Sequence record: DRR723986_1308
Length of the DNA: 44,269 bases
Direction: 5' to 3' (one strand)
In this document: piece after piece, positions 17,841 through 26,690 of the stretch
Layout: every line of letters starts with the position of its first letter
How positions within the stretch are numbered: position 1 is the stretch's first letter
The notes under the pieces: model-generated
Told to the model about the DNA's origin: nothing
The model's database searches: none
What the model saw: the letters and a program-made list of their open reading frames with translations, nothing else
Made by a program: the position numbers and the translations under genes

Positions 17841-20492
17841 TCAATCAACAGGCTTTGATATAGAACGAACGACCTCGGACATCTGCGCTAAAGTATAAGG
17901 TTTGAAGACCACCGTATCGAAGGGGGCTGAATTAATCCGCTTAACCACGCTGGGATCGGTTTCGCCGCTGAGGGCCACCACGGCTGGGCGAATTTTTGAT
18001 GGCAACTTATGAACTTCTGCCAAGACTGAAAACCCATCCTGCTCTGGCATATTAATGTCGGTGACAACAAGATCATACTGTCGCGCGTCCAGCAACTGCT
18101 TGGCATCTTCCCAGCCGTTGCAAGAGCTGCATTCACAGCCAAGCGCTCGCAACGTGGCAACCGTGCTCTCTAGGACCAGCGGGTCATCATCAATGACGCA
18201 TGTCAGAATCTGAGTGCTGTCACAAGAACCTGAAACCGGTTCCTGCCCGCGATTTGCAATGTGCTTCGTCATTTTATTGGCTTTGGTCAATTCAACCCCC
18301 AAATCAAGATACAGACAGTTGATGCCTGTTCCGTCGCGATGTACGGCAATTTTGCCACCGAGCAAGCGAGCAATAGCCTCGACGATTCCTTGTTCAGCCC
18401 AACCGCTGTCCTCTGCGGAATCGGACGTAGAGGCGGTTGATCTTTTGCTGATGCGATTGCTGGCGGCCGATGCATCTCTTTCACTTCGCTCAATTGTTAG
18501 CGTCAGTAACAAACGGGCAGCAGTTGTATTTTCAGTCTGGTCCGCAAGCCTCGCGCCGATCAAGACGCTTCCGCCGTCGGACGCCTTTCCTGCGACGCGG
18601 CAAAGCCCTTGGATAAGTTTCGTTAGCTTCAAAGGGTACGACTTGATGTTTTGCCCCAGGCCACAAGCGTCATCGAGTGTGAAGCGAAAGGTGCAGTCCG
18701 GTTGAAGTTGACGAACATTCGCCAAAGCAGCCTTCAAGACTGAGCTCAGTTCCACGTCCTGCTTTGCTTCATCGAGCAAATCGCCTGCGCCCATCGCAAG
18801 GGCATCAGGGGCAGAGCTAAGCGCGTGAAGGATTCCGTCTAGTTCACGCGAGCCACTTTCGATTGTCTGCAATTGTCGTAGTAAGCTCTCTTCGTGCTCC
18901 TCGGAGCTAATCACACACCGGCTTGCAAGCGAGATTGCTTGCAGCGGCTCCCGTAAGGTCTCAGCGACAAGGTCCAGCGTTTGCTGCCTTTGGTGCTCGA
19001 GAGTACCAGTTGTGTCTTTAACACTCTGCAGCTCGACCAATTGTTCGTCTAGTTTATCCTGTAGCCGCCGTGTCTCTTGCCAGTTTTGCGACCAACCTAG
19101 CACAGCAATGCCGAGACAGCCCAATAGGCCGACTGCTAGGCCCCAAGAAAGCTTGCTTTGAAACGGCAGATGTGCGTCTGCCCCAATCGCACTGACGGTT
19201 GACGGTTGAGACCAACTGAGCAAAGGCTGTAGTCTATGCGCAACGCAATGCTCCAAACGCTCTCCCTGCAAGACTCGATCGATGGCCGACCGCTCGACCC
19301 CTTCAAAGAGCTTGGCTGCATCGAATTGCCCGAGCTGAATTGAGGCGATTTGGCCAATGACCGCAAGTTCGGCTGCTGCTGCAATGCACTGCATCGTCGT
19401 CGATTCAATTAGCCGAACACGAGCGATATCGAAAGCCCTGCCAAAATCCTCTGCACGGAAACTAGTAATCGCTTCATCGACGGCCAGACGCATCTCGAAT
19501 ATAGGATCCTCCGGTTCGTAGGCGTTTCCAAGTGCGATGTGTCGCGACCGCTTTGCGATCGTTAGGCTGTTAGAAATCTCGGCCAATTCGAAAAGCAGCG
19601 CCGCACTGAGCACCTTTTCCGACGGCAGCGAGTCTCCTTTGCGGGCTAGGGCCAGAATCTGTCGCGCTTTTTGGGAAGCGATTGAGGGGGCGTCCAGCGG
19701 TAGCGGTGCAAGTGCTTGCTCGATGAGGTCGTTGTCTTCGGCAATGTTGGACAAACGCATTGCAGCGTGTCGTGCAAACACATTACTGAGATTGGAATTC
19801 ACTCGCATGCAGTTGATGAGCAAGCGGTCGACCGAAATCTGAAGTGCCCGATCACCGGCAAGCTTTGCAATCGCTTGAGCCCGGACCGCGTACTTGCAAG
19901 CGATGTCCATATTGCCGACTAGACAACTGTCCTGCGCGCAGAAAGCGTGCAAAGTTGTTGCAAACTCAAGGCACGGCTGGTGGAGCGACAGTCCAAGCAC
20001 GGTGTTCAACTGAGCGTTTAGTTTGTCAGCGTGCGAATTCCGTTCTGCGGAACGGCTGTTCGAATCTGCAGAATCAGCGGTGTATAAGTTTCGTCGGCGG
20101 AGCAGCAGCTCCAGGACTGCATTTTCCACAAGAAGTCGAATCCGACCATCTCGCAGCCTGCTGCCGGGCAAAGTGACAAGCCGCGTAAGCTCGTCCGTAT
20201 CGATGGTGCCATCTAGCGAATTACCAGTTTCCTGATCGATAATTGAACGGAGATATTCAAGCCGCCGTCCAATGACTTCGCTCCGCAATCCGTTTTGATG
20301 TTCAGCGGTTTCCTGGCGTACAATCTCCGCTTCAACCGCTTGCTTCCACAACTCTGGACTGGCGGGCAGTGCGACCATCCGACCTAGAAACGCAAGCTGG
20401 TAACTTCCACCGGTTCGACCCGCCTGAACCGAATTCTGCAAGTGCAACAGGAGTGTAAGCGCTGTAAGGCAACACAAAAGGTGACGAAGCAT
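17841..20492 (-). CDS. Membrane hybrid sensor with a degenerate histidine-kinase core and a C-terminal receiver
   Basis: Signal peptide, large helical extracytoplasmic region, TM and coiled coil. The H-box-like VAETLREPLQAI has no His. The receiver (VIDDD..TDINMP..KPY) is intact. Confidence 0.82.
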   Translation of the reverse strand: MLRHLLCCLTALTLLLHLQNSVQAGRTGGSYQLAFLGRMVALPASPELWKQAVEAEIVRQETAEHQNGLRSEVIGRRLEYLRSIIDQETGNSLDGTIDTDELTRLVTLPGSRLRDGRIRLLVENAVLELLLRRRNLYTADSADSNSRSAERNSHADKLNAQLNTVLGLSLHQPCLEFATTLHAFCAQDSCLVGNMDIACKYAVRAQAIAKLAGDRALQISVDRLLINCMRVNSNLSNVFARHAAMRLSNIAEDNDLIEQALAPLPLDAPSIASQKARQILALARKGDSLPSEKVLSAALLFELAEISNSLTIAKRSRHIALGNAYEPEDPIFEMRLAVDEAITSFRAEDFGRAFDIARVRLIESTTMQCIAAAAELAVIGQIASIQLGQFDAAKLFEGVERSAIDRVLQGERLEHCVAHRLQPLLSWSQPSTVSAIGADAHLPFQSKLSWGLAVGLLGCLGIAVLGWSQNWQETRRLQDKLDEQLVELQSVKDTTGTLEHQRQQTLDLVAETLREPLQAISLASRCVISSEEHEESLLRQLQTIESGSRELDGILHALSSAPDALAMGAGDLLDEAKQDVELSSVLKAALANVRQLQPDCTFRFTLDDACGLGQNIKSYPLKLTKLIQGLCRVAGKASDGGSVLIGARLADQTENTTAARLLLTLTIERSERDASAASNRISKRSTASTSDSAEDSGWAEQGIVEAIARLLGGKIAVHRDGTGINCLYLDLGVELTKANKMTKHIANRGQEPVSGSCDSTQILTCVIDDDPLVLESTVATLRALGCECSSCNGWEDAKQLLDARQYDLVVTDINMPEQDGFSVLAEVHKLPSKIRPAVVALSGETDPSVVKRINSAPFDTVVFKPYTLAQMSEVVRSISKPVD

Positions 20493-21199
20493 TGGGACGA
20501 CCTGCCTTGTTATTTGAAAACGCAGTGGTCAATAAATTCCTTCCGGGAGCCGCGTTAAGTTTTCGCAGCCCCGCCAAACGAGTTGGTCCCTCCGCCTGGA
20601 ACCGGTCCCAAGGCTAGCCATGGGCTCGTTTGTCGCAGTTTACCGCAATTGCTGCCGCGAAGACACACTCTAAACCGCCAAACTGGGGGATATCCCAGGC
20701 CTAGCAGCGTGTCCCCCAGTCTAGGTACGGATTCCCGCAATTAGCGGCAGCCTCCAGCGCATGAGCGCAGAAATGTCCGATACTTGTTTGTGCGGCGGGC
20801 GAGCAACTGAGGCGGATCGCTTTCCCTGCTGCCGCTCAATTCAAACATCCGTACGACAAGGGTCCTCCGGCTGCTGTCTTCGTCTTATGGCGAAGCGGGG
20901 CAAACAGCACGCCGGAGGCCCTTTCGATATTTAATGGCCTCAGATTTCTTTCTGGGACGGCTCTAGCAAGCCAACAGTCAACACATGACATCCATCTCTG
21001 GATGAACTCTACGCGTTCTTCTTAAGAACACTCTTGTGCACTGCATCGCGTCAGAGATCATCAGCGAGTTGCAGTGGCAACAGCGCGGAGAAAAACGCAA
21101 GGATTCAGAGTCGTCGCAAGCGCGTTTCAGCGCTTACGAGTTTGTTCGGCAAGGCGGAACAATAAGGTGGAACAAAGTGGCGGAATGTTGCACCGGGGG

Positions 21200-22057
21200 C
21201 TAAGCCTGTTGGACAATTCCGTTTGAAAGTGTTCCGATACCTGAAATCGTGATCGAAACTACGTCTTCGGGAGCGAGTGTGAAATCGCTGTCAGGAACAA
21301 TGCCGGTTCCGGTGAGAAGAAATGCTCCACCAGGAAAACTATTGTCTCGGCCAAGCCAGGAAACCAGCTCCTCGAGTCCACGCGCCATTTCTGCAATGCT
21401 CGTCTTGCCGGAAAAGACGCTCTCGCTACCACGCCGAATATCGAGCTCGATATCAATCGTGTCACGGTCGGGCATCGCGTCGGCGAGCGTAATCCATGGC
21501 CCCAATCCACAACACTGATCGTACATCTTCGCTTGTGGCAGGTAGAGCGGATTGTCGCCTTCGATGTCGCGGGAGCTCATGTCATTGCCAACGGTATAAC
21601 CGACAATGTCTAGCTTTGGCGAAAGAACCAGTGCAAGTTCGGGCTCAGGCACGTTCCACGATGCGTCTTGTCGGATTCGAAGCTCTTGCCCTTGCCCGCG
21701 GACGCGATGCGGCGTCGCTTTGAAGAAGATTTCGGGCCTCGGCGATTGATAGACGCGATCGTAGCACGATGCAGCAGCCTCGGACTCTTCCATTCTCGCG
21801 GTTTGGCTGCGTTTGTACGTAACGCCCGCCGCCCAAACTTCCTGCGAATCGATCGGAGCTAGCAAGCGAGCTTCGCTAAGTGCAATTTCTGCTGTCCGCG
21901 GAAGCTCCGAAGCCACCTTCGCACAGTCGTCGCTTGCCAGGATACAAGAGAGCGAATTCAGCCCTGCGGCTTGCAAGTCAAGCTGCACTAGAGTTTCGCC
22001 GGTTACCTCACCGACCTGAACGTTGTCTTGAGAGTCTAAGAATTTGGCAAGCTTCAT
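21200..22057 (-). CDS. Fumarylacetoacetate hydrolase family protein (2-keto-3-deoxy-pentonate dehydratase-like)
   Basis: QEVWAAGVTY, RPEIFFKA, VPEPEL, GNDMSSRDIEGDNPLYLPQAK and LLTGTG. Confidence 0.92.
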   Translation of the reverse strand: MKLAKFLDSQDNVQVGEVTGETLVQLDLQAAGLNSLSCILASDDCAKVASELPRTAEIALSEARLLAPIDSQEVWAAGVTYKRSQTARMEESEAAASCYDRVYQSPRPEIFFKATPHRVRGQGQELRIRQDASWNVPEPELALVLSPKLDIVGYTVGNDMSSRDIEGDNPLYLPQAKMYDQCCGLGPWITLADAMPDRDTIDIELDIRRGSESVFSGKTSIAEMARGLEELVSWLGRDNSFPGGAFLLTGTGIVPDSDFTLAPEDVVSITISGIGTLSNGIVQQA

Positions 22058-22174
22058 CGTCGTGAGTTTCGATCCAAGGTTGTCTGCAAAACTGCCGGAA
22101 AGGTGAAAGAGCGAATGGTCGCACCTGAGTCTGCATGTTGGCGTGCTGACTTGCACGTGACTGAGTGCTTCTTG

Positions 22175-23095
22175 TCAGGCTGCGGCAGAGTCTCCACGTG
22201 GGTGCCTATGCTGCCTTGCCGGTATTACGTTGCTGGCAAGCCCCAGCTTCTCAAGGAACTTGATTTCGTAGTAGCTAATGTCAATTTCCCACCAACGATG
22301 CTGAACCGTAGCGGCACTGGGGTCTTCGTGGTGGTTGTTGTGCCACCCTTCGCCGACGGTTAACAATGCCACGAACCAATTGTTCTTGCTATCCTCGCCG
22401 GTCTTGTAGTTGCAGTAGCCGAACATGTGACTGAGCGAATTGACACTCCAAGTAATGTGCCAGACCGCAATCACTCGCATGATCACGCCCCACATCACCA
22501 TGCTGGCTCCCAACTGGACCGCTGCAGAGACTTCACTACTGAACGCAAAACTCAAGGCGAAACCTAGCCCAAAGTAAATCGGAAGTTGTGCAAAGATGTA
22601 GTAGAACTGCTTAAACGGATTGGTCTCTAAAGTCATGTAGAACGGATCCCGTAAAAGATCCTTCGCAAACTTTTCCAGTCCCGCAATGCTGTAGGTTTGT
22701 CGATTGACGTACATCAACCAGCCCATGTGTGACCAGAAGAAAGTCACTCGTGGCGAATGTGGGTCGGGAATTTCGTCCGAATGAACGTGGTGTTGGCGAT
22801 GCACTGAAACCCACCGCGCCGGCGTGTCTTGCATCGAACAGATTCCCAGAATCGCGAAGGTGTGTTCGACCCACTTCGGACATTTGAAACTGCGGTGCGT
22901 CAGCAAACGGTGGTACCCGATCGTGATGCCTTGGCCAAAAATGTGAATTCCAAGAATGAACGCAATGAAGCCACACCAACTAAATAGATACGGCCAGATT
23001 GCCAGCAGCCCAAGGACGTGAACGACCGCGATCGTTAACGTATAGGTCCAATTCAATTTGTAGGGCAGAACTGGAGGCGGGACGGGGTTTCCCAT
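22175..23095 (-). CDS. Delta-9-type fatty acid desaturase
   Basis: His boxes GYHRLLTH, HRQHH and GEGWHNNHH; TM segments. Confidence 0.95.
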   Translation of the reverse strand: MGNPVPPPVLPYKLNWTYTLTIAVVHVLGLLAIWPYLFSWCGFIAFILGIHIFGQGITIGYHRLLTHRSFKCPKWVEHTFAILGICSMQDTPARWVSVHRQHHVHSDEIPDPHSPRVTFFWSHMGWLMYVNRQTYSIAGLEKFAKDLLRDPFYMTLETNPFKQFYYIFAQLPIYFGLGFALSFAFSSEVSAAVQLGASMVMWGVIMRVIAVWHITWSVNSLSHMFGYCNYKTGEDSKNNWFVALLTVGEGWHNNHHEDPSAATVQHRWWEIDISYYEIKFLEKLGLASNVIPARQHRHPRGDSAAA

Positions 23096-23379
23096 GGAGG
23101 TTCACCAAGGCTTTCGAAATTGAGTTGCTGAAGGCACCGGACGTCGTGTGCGGGCCGCAATCTGCCAATCTTGCTCAGAGTCACAAATTGTCTCAGGTAG
23201 AGACTGCTTTGCAAAGGCAAAATTCACGGCCTTTTCGCAACTCTTCTCCGCACATAATTCCGAAATTGCGAGTCGGCAAAGCTATACAGCCAGATCTCCC
23301 GTCGCTAACTAGCCAGTCGCACCACCTCTAGGCAGCTATTAGGCAGCGAACTACTGCGAAAAGGCTAACGAGCCAGTAG

Positions 23380-25662
23380 CTATTGCGCGAAGAATCGAAG
23401 GTGTCGATGCGCCCACTGCTGAGCAATCTGCAGAGGGGTGCGTGATGGGCAATGAAAGACGACGTCTACGCGTTGGTCGCGGATGAAAGCACCACCGTCT
23501 ACCTGGGGCAGCGGGATCATCGCAGCGTAGCGTCCCGCACCAACGTCTGTCGCCGCTACGTTTGCATGCAAGTTGTCACTCGATGCAATTGCCTGGAGTT
23601 CCACGACCTTACTAACCTCAGCGTTGAAAACACGTGGTGGCGCACCGGGGATTCTGAGCTTCACGCTGGTCCCTGGTATTACCGACCGTTGCTGCGAGTC
23701 GCTTAAGGGCACAATGGCAACGGCATCGTCGCTGCAAACTTGGCCGAGGGCTGTTCCGGCGGGAACCGTTCTGCCCAGTTGGATCGTGTCCGACCATTGC
23801 GACCCTCTGGGCACCTTAATCGCAGTGTTTGCTCCATCGGGAGGCAACGCTACGTTCGCACGAAAGATCCCCTTTGCAGGAGACTGAATCTCTAACCGCT
23901 TGAGCTCTGATTGCGTATGTTCAGCCAAACGCCCCAACATCTGGGATTGCTCTTCGATCGGCCGCAGATCATAGTCCTCGCGGTGCATATTCCGCCTGTG
24001 ACGGGCCGCCTCCAGTCGCAATTTGGAGTTGTTCCAGTCGGCAACCCGAGAAACGTATTGTTGGGTTAGTCCTGGGTCCTGCAGCCGGAAGAGCACTTGC
24101 CCAGGTGCGACATGTTGCCCGTCGAACGTGCCGACCGCCACAAGTGTGCTCTCGGTGTGCGCGTAAACCGTTGATGCCTCTCGTGGGCGAAGGTTGCCCT
24201 GTGCAAAATGTCGCGTCGGAATCGGCAGCAAACCGATCGCAACGAGCAAGGCAACTAGACCGAACACGGGGCGGAAACGCCTGCCAGATGACCAGGCAGC
24301 GGATGTAGCTTTCCTGAAAAATCCTATCACCGGCAGCCCCCACCAACTGAAGAAGATGCTCGCGGCCAGGAAACGTCCCATCCACGGGAGATTCCATCCG
24401 GCCAGCAGAATGTAAACCGTTGAGGCGATCGCGACCGTCAAAACACTTCGATACGCCCAGCCTGCCGCCGAAAACGAGAGAAAGAACCACCTTCGCCCAC
24501 CATCGATAGCATGCAGTGGCTCATCCTGGCCTTCGCTCCTGCAGCCGCTCAACAACCGTGATGCCGCTGACGACAACATGCGGTCCGCCTTGCTCCGCAG
24601 ATTCACTTCGTCCAGCCAGTCAGCCAAAATGTAGTAGCCGTCAAAACGCATCAGAGGATTTGCGTTGATCAACAGCGTACTGACGCTACAAACCAGCATG
24701 ATCTGCAATGCAAACGTATTGGCTGGACCGGCATCGGTGAGTAGCCATGCCCAGGCGCAGACGCTCGCCAGCACCAACTCCGTGTACATGCCAGCCGCCG
24801 CAACCGCCGCCCGTTGGTAGCGACTCGGGAGCTTAGCACACTCCGTTACATCGCAGTACAAGCACGGGGCGCCCAGAATGACTAAGAATCCAACATCCGG
24901 GCAGCGAACTCCCATCCGCCGACACACGACAGCATGACCGAATTCGTGCAGGCAACGCGTCAGCAGGAACACTAAGAAAAGTGCTCCCGTAAACTCAATC
25001 GTTCCAAACCACGAAACTTCGCCCGCGAATTCAATCAGCCTTTGAAAGTCTAGGCAAACCGCCATCCAAGTCACTAACGCGAATACGAGCCAGCATACCG
25101 CGGCCGCCTTGCTATAGAGCCAATCGAAGTGAGGAGCGATAACCTTCAATGCATGGTCGGGATTGATCCCACGCACCTGCCAAACAATCGAGGAGGACAG
25201 TCCCGCTCCCATTCGTTTGATGATGCCAACACGCTGCGTGTTTGGCTGGGTGTTTAGGTCAATCGAGTCGTTCAAAGCGGCAGTGTCACCGCTGGCTGTC
25301 TGGTTGTTGGGTTTGCTACGATGGCGGATGAGGCCGTTCGCGATCAATCCGAGCACTATGCGTTGCAGCTCAGCAAGGTCCCAACTGGGCTCTTCGCGGT
25401 GCACGTCTCCCACGACTCCCGCCACCGGACGAAACTCACGACACTTCGAGAGAATTCTCCGCTCGGCCTCACCGATGCGAAACGATCGCCTTGCCACCGG
25501 ATCAAAGACACTCCACCGCGTACGCCGATTTCTGCTGGCGGAATCCAATCGCGCGAATGCCAGTTCAGGGCGAGCGGCGACGAATAGATCTCCGCCCGCT
25601 GATTGCCGGCGTGTTTGGCTCAGCGACGGTTTAACCTGCTCAGTCGTGCTTGCTGATTCCAT
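23380..25662 (-). CDS. Site-2 protease (M50) fused to an HlyD-like adaptor domain
   Basis: HEFGH, AAGMYTE and NANPLMRFDGY; C-terminal biotinyl-lipoyl/coiled-coil adaptor. Confidence 0.88.
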   Translation of the reverse strand: MESASTTEQVKPSLSQTRRQSAGGDLFVAARPELAFARLDSASRNRRTRWSVFDPVARRSFRIGEAERRILSKCREFRPVAGVVGDVHREEPSWDLAELQRIVLGLIANGLIRHRSKPNNQTASGDTAALNDSIDLNTQPNTQRVGIIKRMGAGLSSSIVWQVRGINPDHALKVIAPHFDWLYSKAAAVCWLVFALVTWMAVCLDFQRLIEFAGEVSWFGTIEFTGALFLVFLLTRCLHEFGHAVVCRRMGVRCPDVGFLVILGAPCLYCDVTECAKLPSRYQRAAVAAAGMYTELVLASVCAWAWLLTDAGPANTFALQIMLVCSVSTLLINANPLMRFDGYYILADWLDEVNLRSKADRMLSSAASRLLSGCRSEGQDEPLHAIDGGRRWFFLSFSAAGWAYRSVLTVAIASTVYILLAGWNLPWMGRFLAASIFFSWWGLPVIGFFRKATSAAWSSGRRFRPVFGLVALLVAIGLLPIPTRHFAQGNLRPREASTVYAHTESTLVAVGTFDGQHVAPGQVLFRLQDPGLTQQYVSRVADWNNSKLRLEAARHRRNMHREDYDLRPIEEQSQMLGRLAEHTQSELKRLEIQSPAKGIFRANVALPPDGANTAIKVPRGSQWSDTIQLGRTVPAGTALGQVCSDDAVAIVPLSDSQQRSVIPGTSVKLRIPGAPPRVFNAEVSKVVELQAIASSDNLHANVAATDVGAGRYAAMIPLPQVDGGAFIRDQRVDVVFHCPSRTPLQIAQQWAHRHLRFFAQ

Positions 25663-25671
25663 ATGAGCACC

Positions 25672-26685
25672 TTACCGCGCTTTCGCTCGACCACGCCGCG
25701 AAAGCAGTTGAGGTGACTGAACAACCTTGGCAGGGATCTGCAATGAAACGGTCATGTTCGGAAAGAGCACGTATCGATTTCGGTGCATTGCGTTGCCGAT
25801 CTTTGTGTGGATTCTGATCAACTCGCCGGCACTAACACGAACGTCGTAAGATGTCACAACTCCCCGCAAGGCAACTTGCTGCCCGTCGACTTCGGTGAGA
25901 ACTCGCACCTGTGAGCCAACAATTTCTCCGAGCCGAACTGAAGCTAGTGGTACCAGCGCGTCGACTTGCATCTCGGTGTACTTGTCGACTTTTGCGATGC
26001 GTTCGCCCGGTTCGACCCACTGCCCAGCTTTCTTGTCAATTTGCGTTACGATGCCATCGATGCTGGAATGAACTGCATGGCGTGCGAGTCGCTGTTGCGC
26101 GGACTCAAGTGCGGCTGCTTTGGTTTCGGCTTCTAGGCCAGCCCGAGACTGCATTTGTCTCGCCTGGATCAATCCTACTCGAGCCTTTCCGACCAAGAGA
26201 GTCAACCTGCGTATTTCGCTTTCACTTACGCTCTCGCTGATTCGGCGATTTCGCGCCAGGTTATCTTCGGCTTCTTGGAGTGCAAGCTGTTGAAAATCGA
26301 TACCTGAAGTATCCTCGGCGAGTGCCTTGGCGATTTGAAGTTCCAGTTTCGCAACTCGAACTTCTGTCTCCGCCATCTTGCTATCCAGTTTGGCGATCGC
26401 ACCACCCGCTTGAACGGGTTGATTCAGCTTTACATCGATCGACTGAAGAACACCGCGTTCCACCGCAGAAACGTCGACCGACTCAAGCAATAATACTGGG
26501 CAATCGCTGAGTGTCTGCCAAGTTTCGCTTTCGTCCCGTCCGGGCGTTTTCGCCGGGCTGCTGGACTGGCCCGTGCCAGCGGCTGTGCTCCGGTTCTCAA
26601 CCTGTCCAGCAGCGCGATCGCCAATCAGGTTCACGGCGGCGAACACAGCGCAGAACAGGGGGAGTATTGGTAGTCGTTTTCGCAT
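25672..26685 (-). CDS. HlyD/RND periplasmic adaptor subunit
   Basis: Signal peptide; VSAVERGVL; coiled coil; SSIDGIV..GQWVEPGE. Confidence 0.88.
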   Translation of the reverse strand: MRKRLPILPLFCAVFAAVNLIGDRAAGQVENRSTAAGTGQSSSPAKTPGRDESETWQTLSDCPVLLLESVDVSAVERGVLQSIDVKLNQPVQAGGAIAKLDSKMAETEVRVAKLELQIAKALAEDTSGIDFQQLALQEAEDNLARNRRISESVSESEIRRLTLLVGKARVGLIQARQMQSRAGLEAETKAAALESAQQRLARHAVHSSIDGIVTQIDKKAGQWVEPGERIAKVDKYTEMQVDALVPLASVRLGEIVGSQVRVLTEVDGQQVALRGVVTSYDVRVSAGELIRIHTKIGNAMHRNRYVLFPNMTVSLQIPAKVVQSPQLLSRRGRAKAR

Positions 26686-26690
26686 TTTGA

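Noticed and set aside
20858-20923. SRP RNA or a known riboswitch
   Set aside because: It lacks the SRP helix-8 CAGG/GGAA/AGCA arrangement and matches no riboswitch consensus I recognise.
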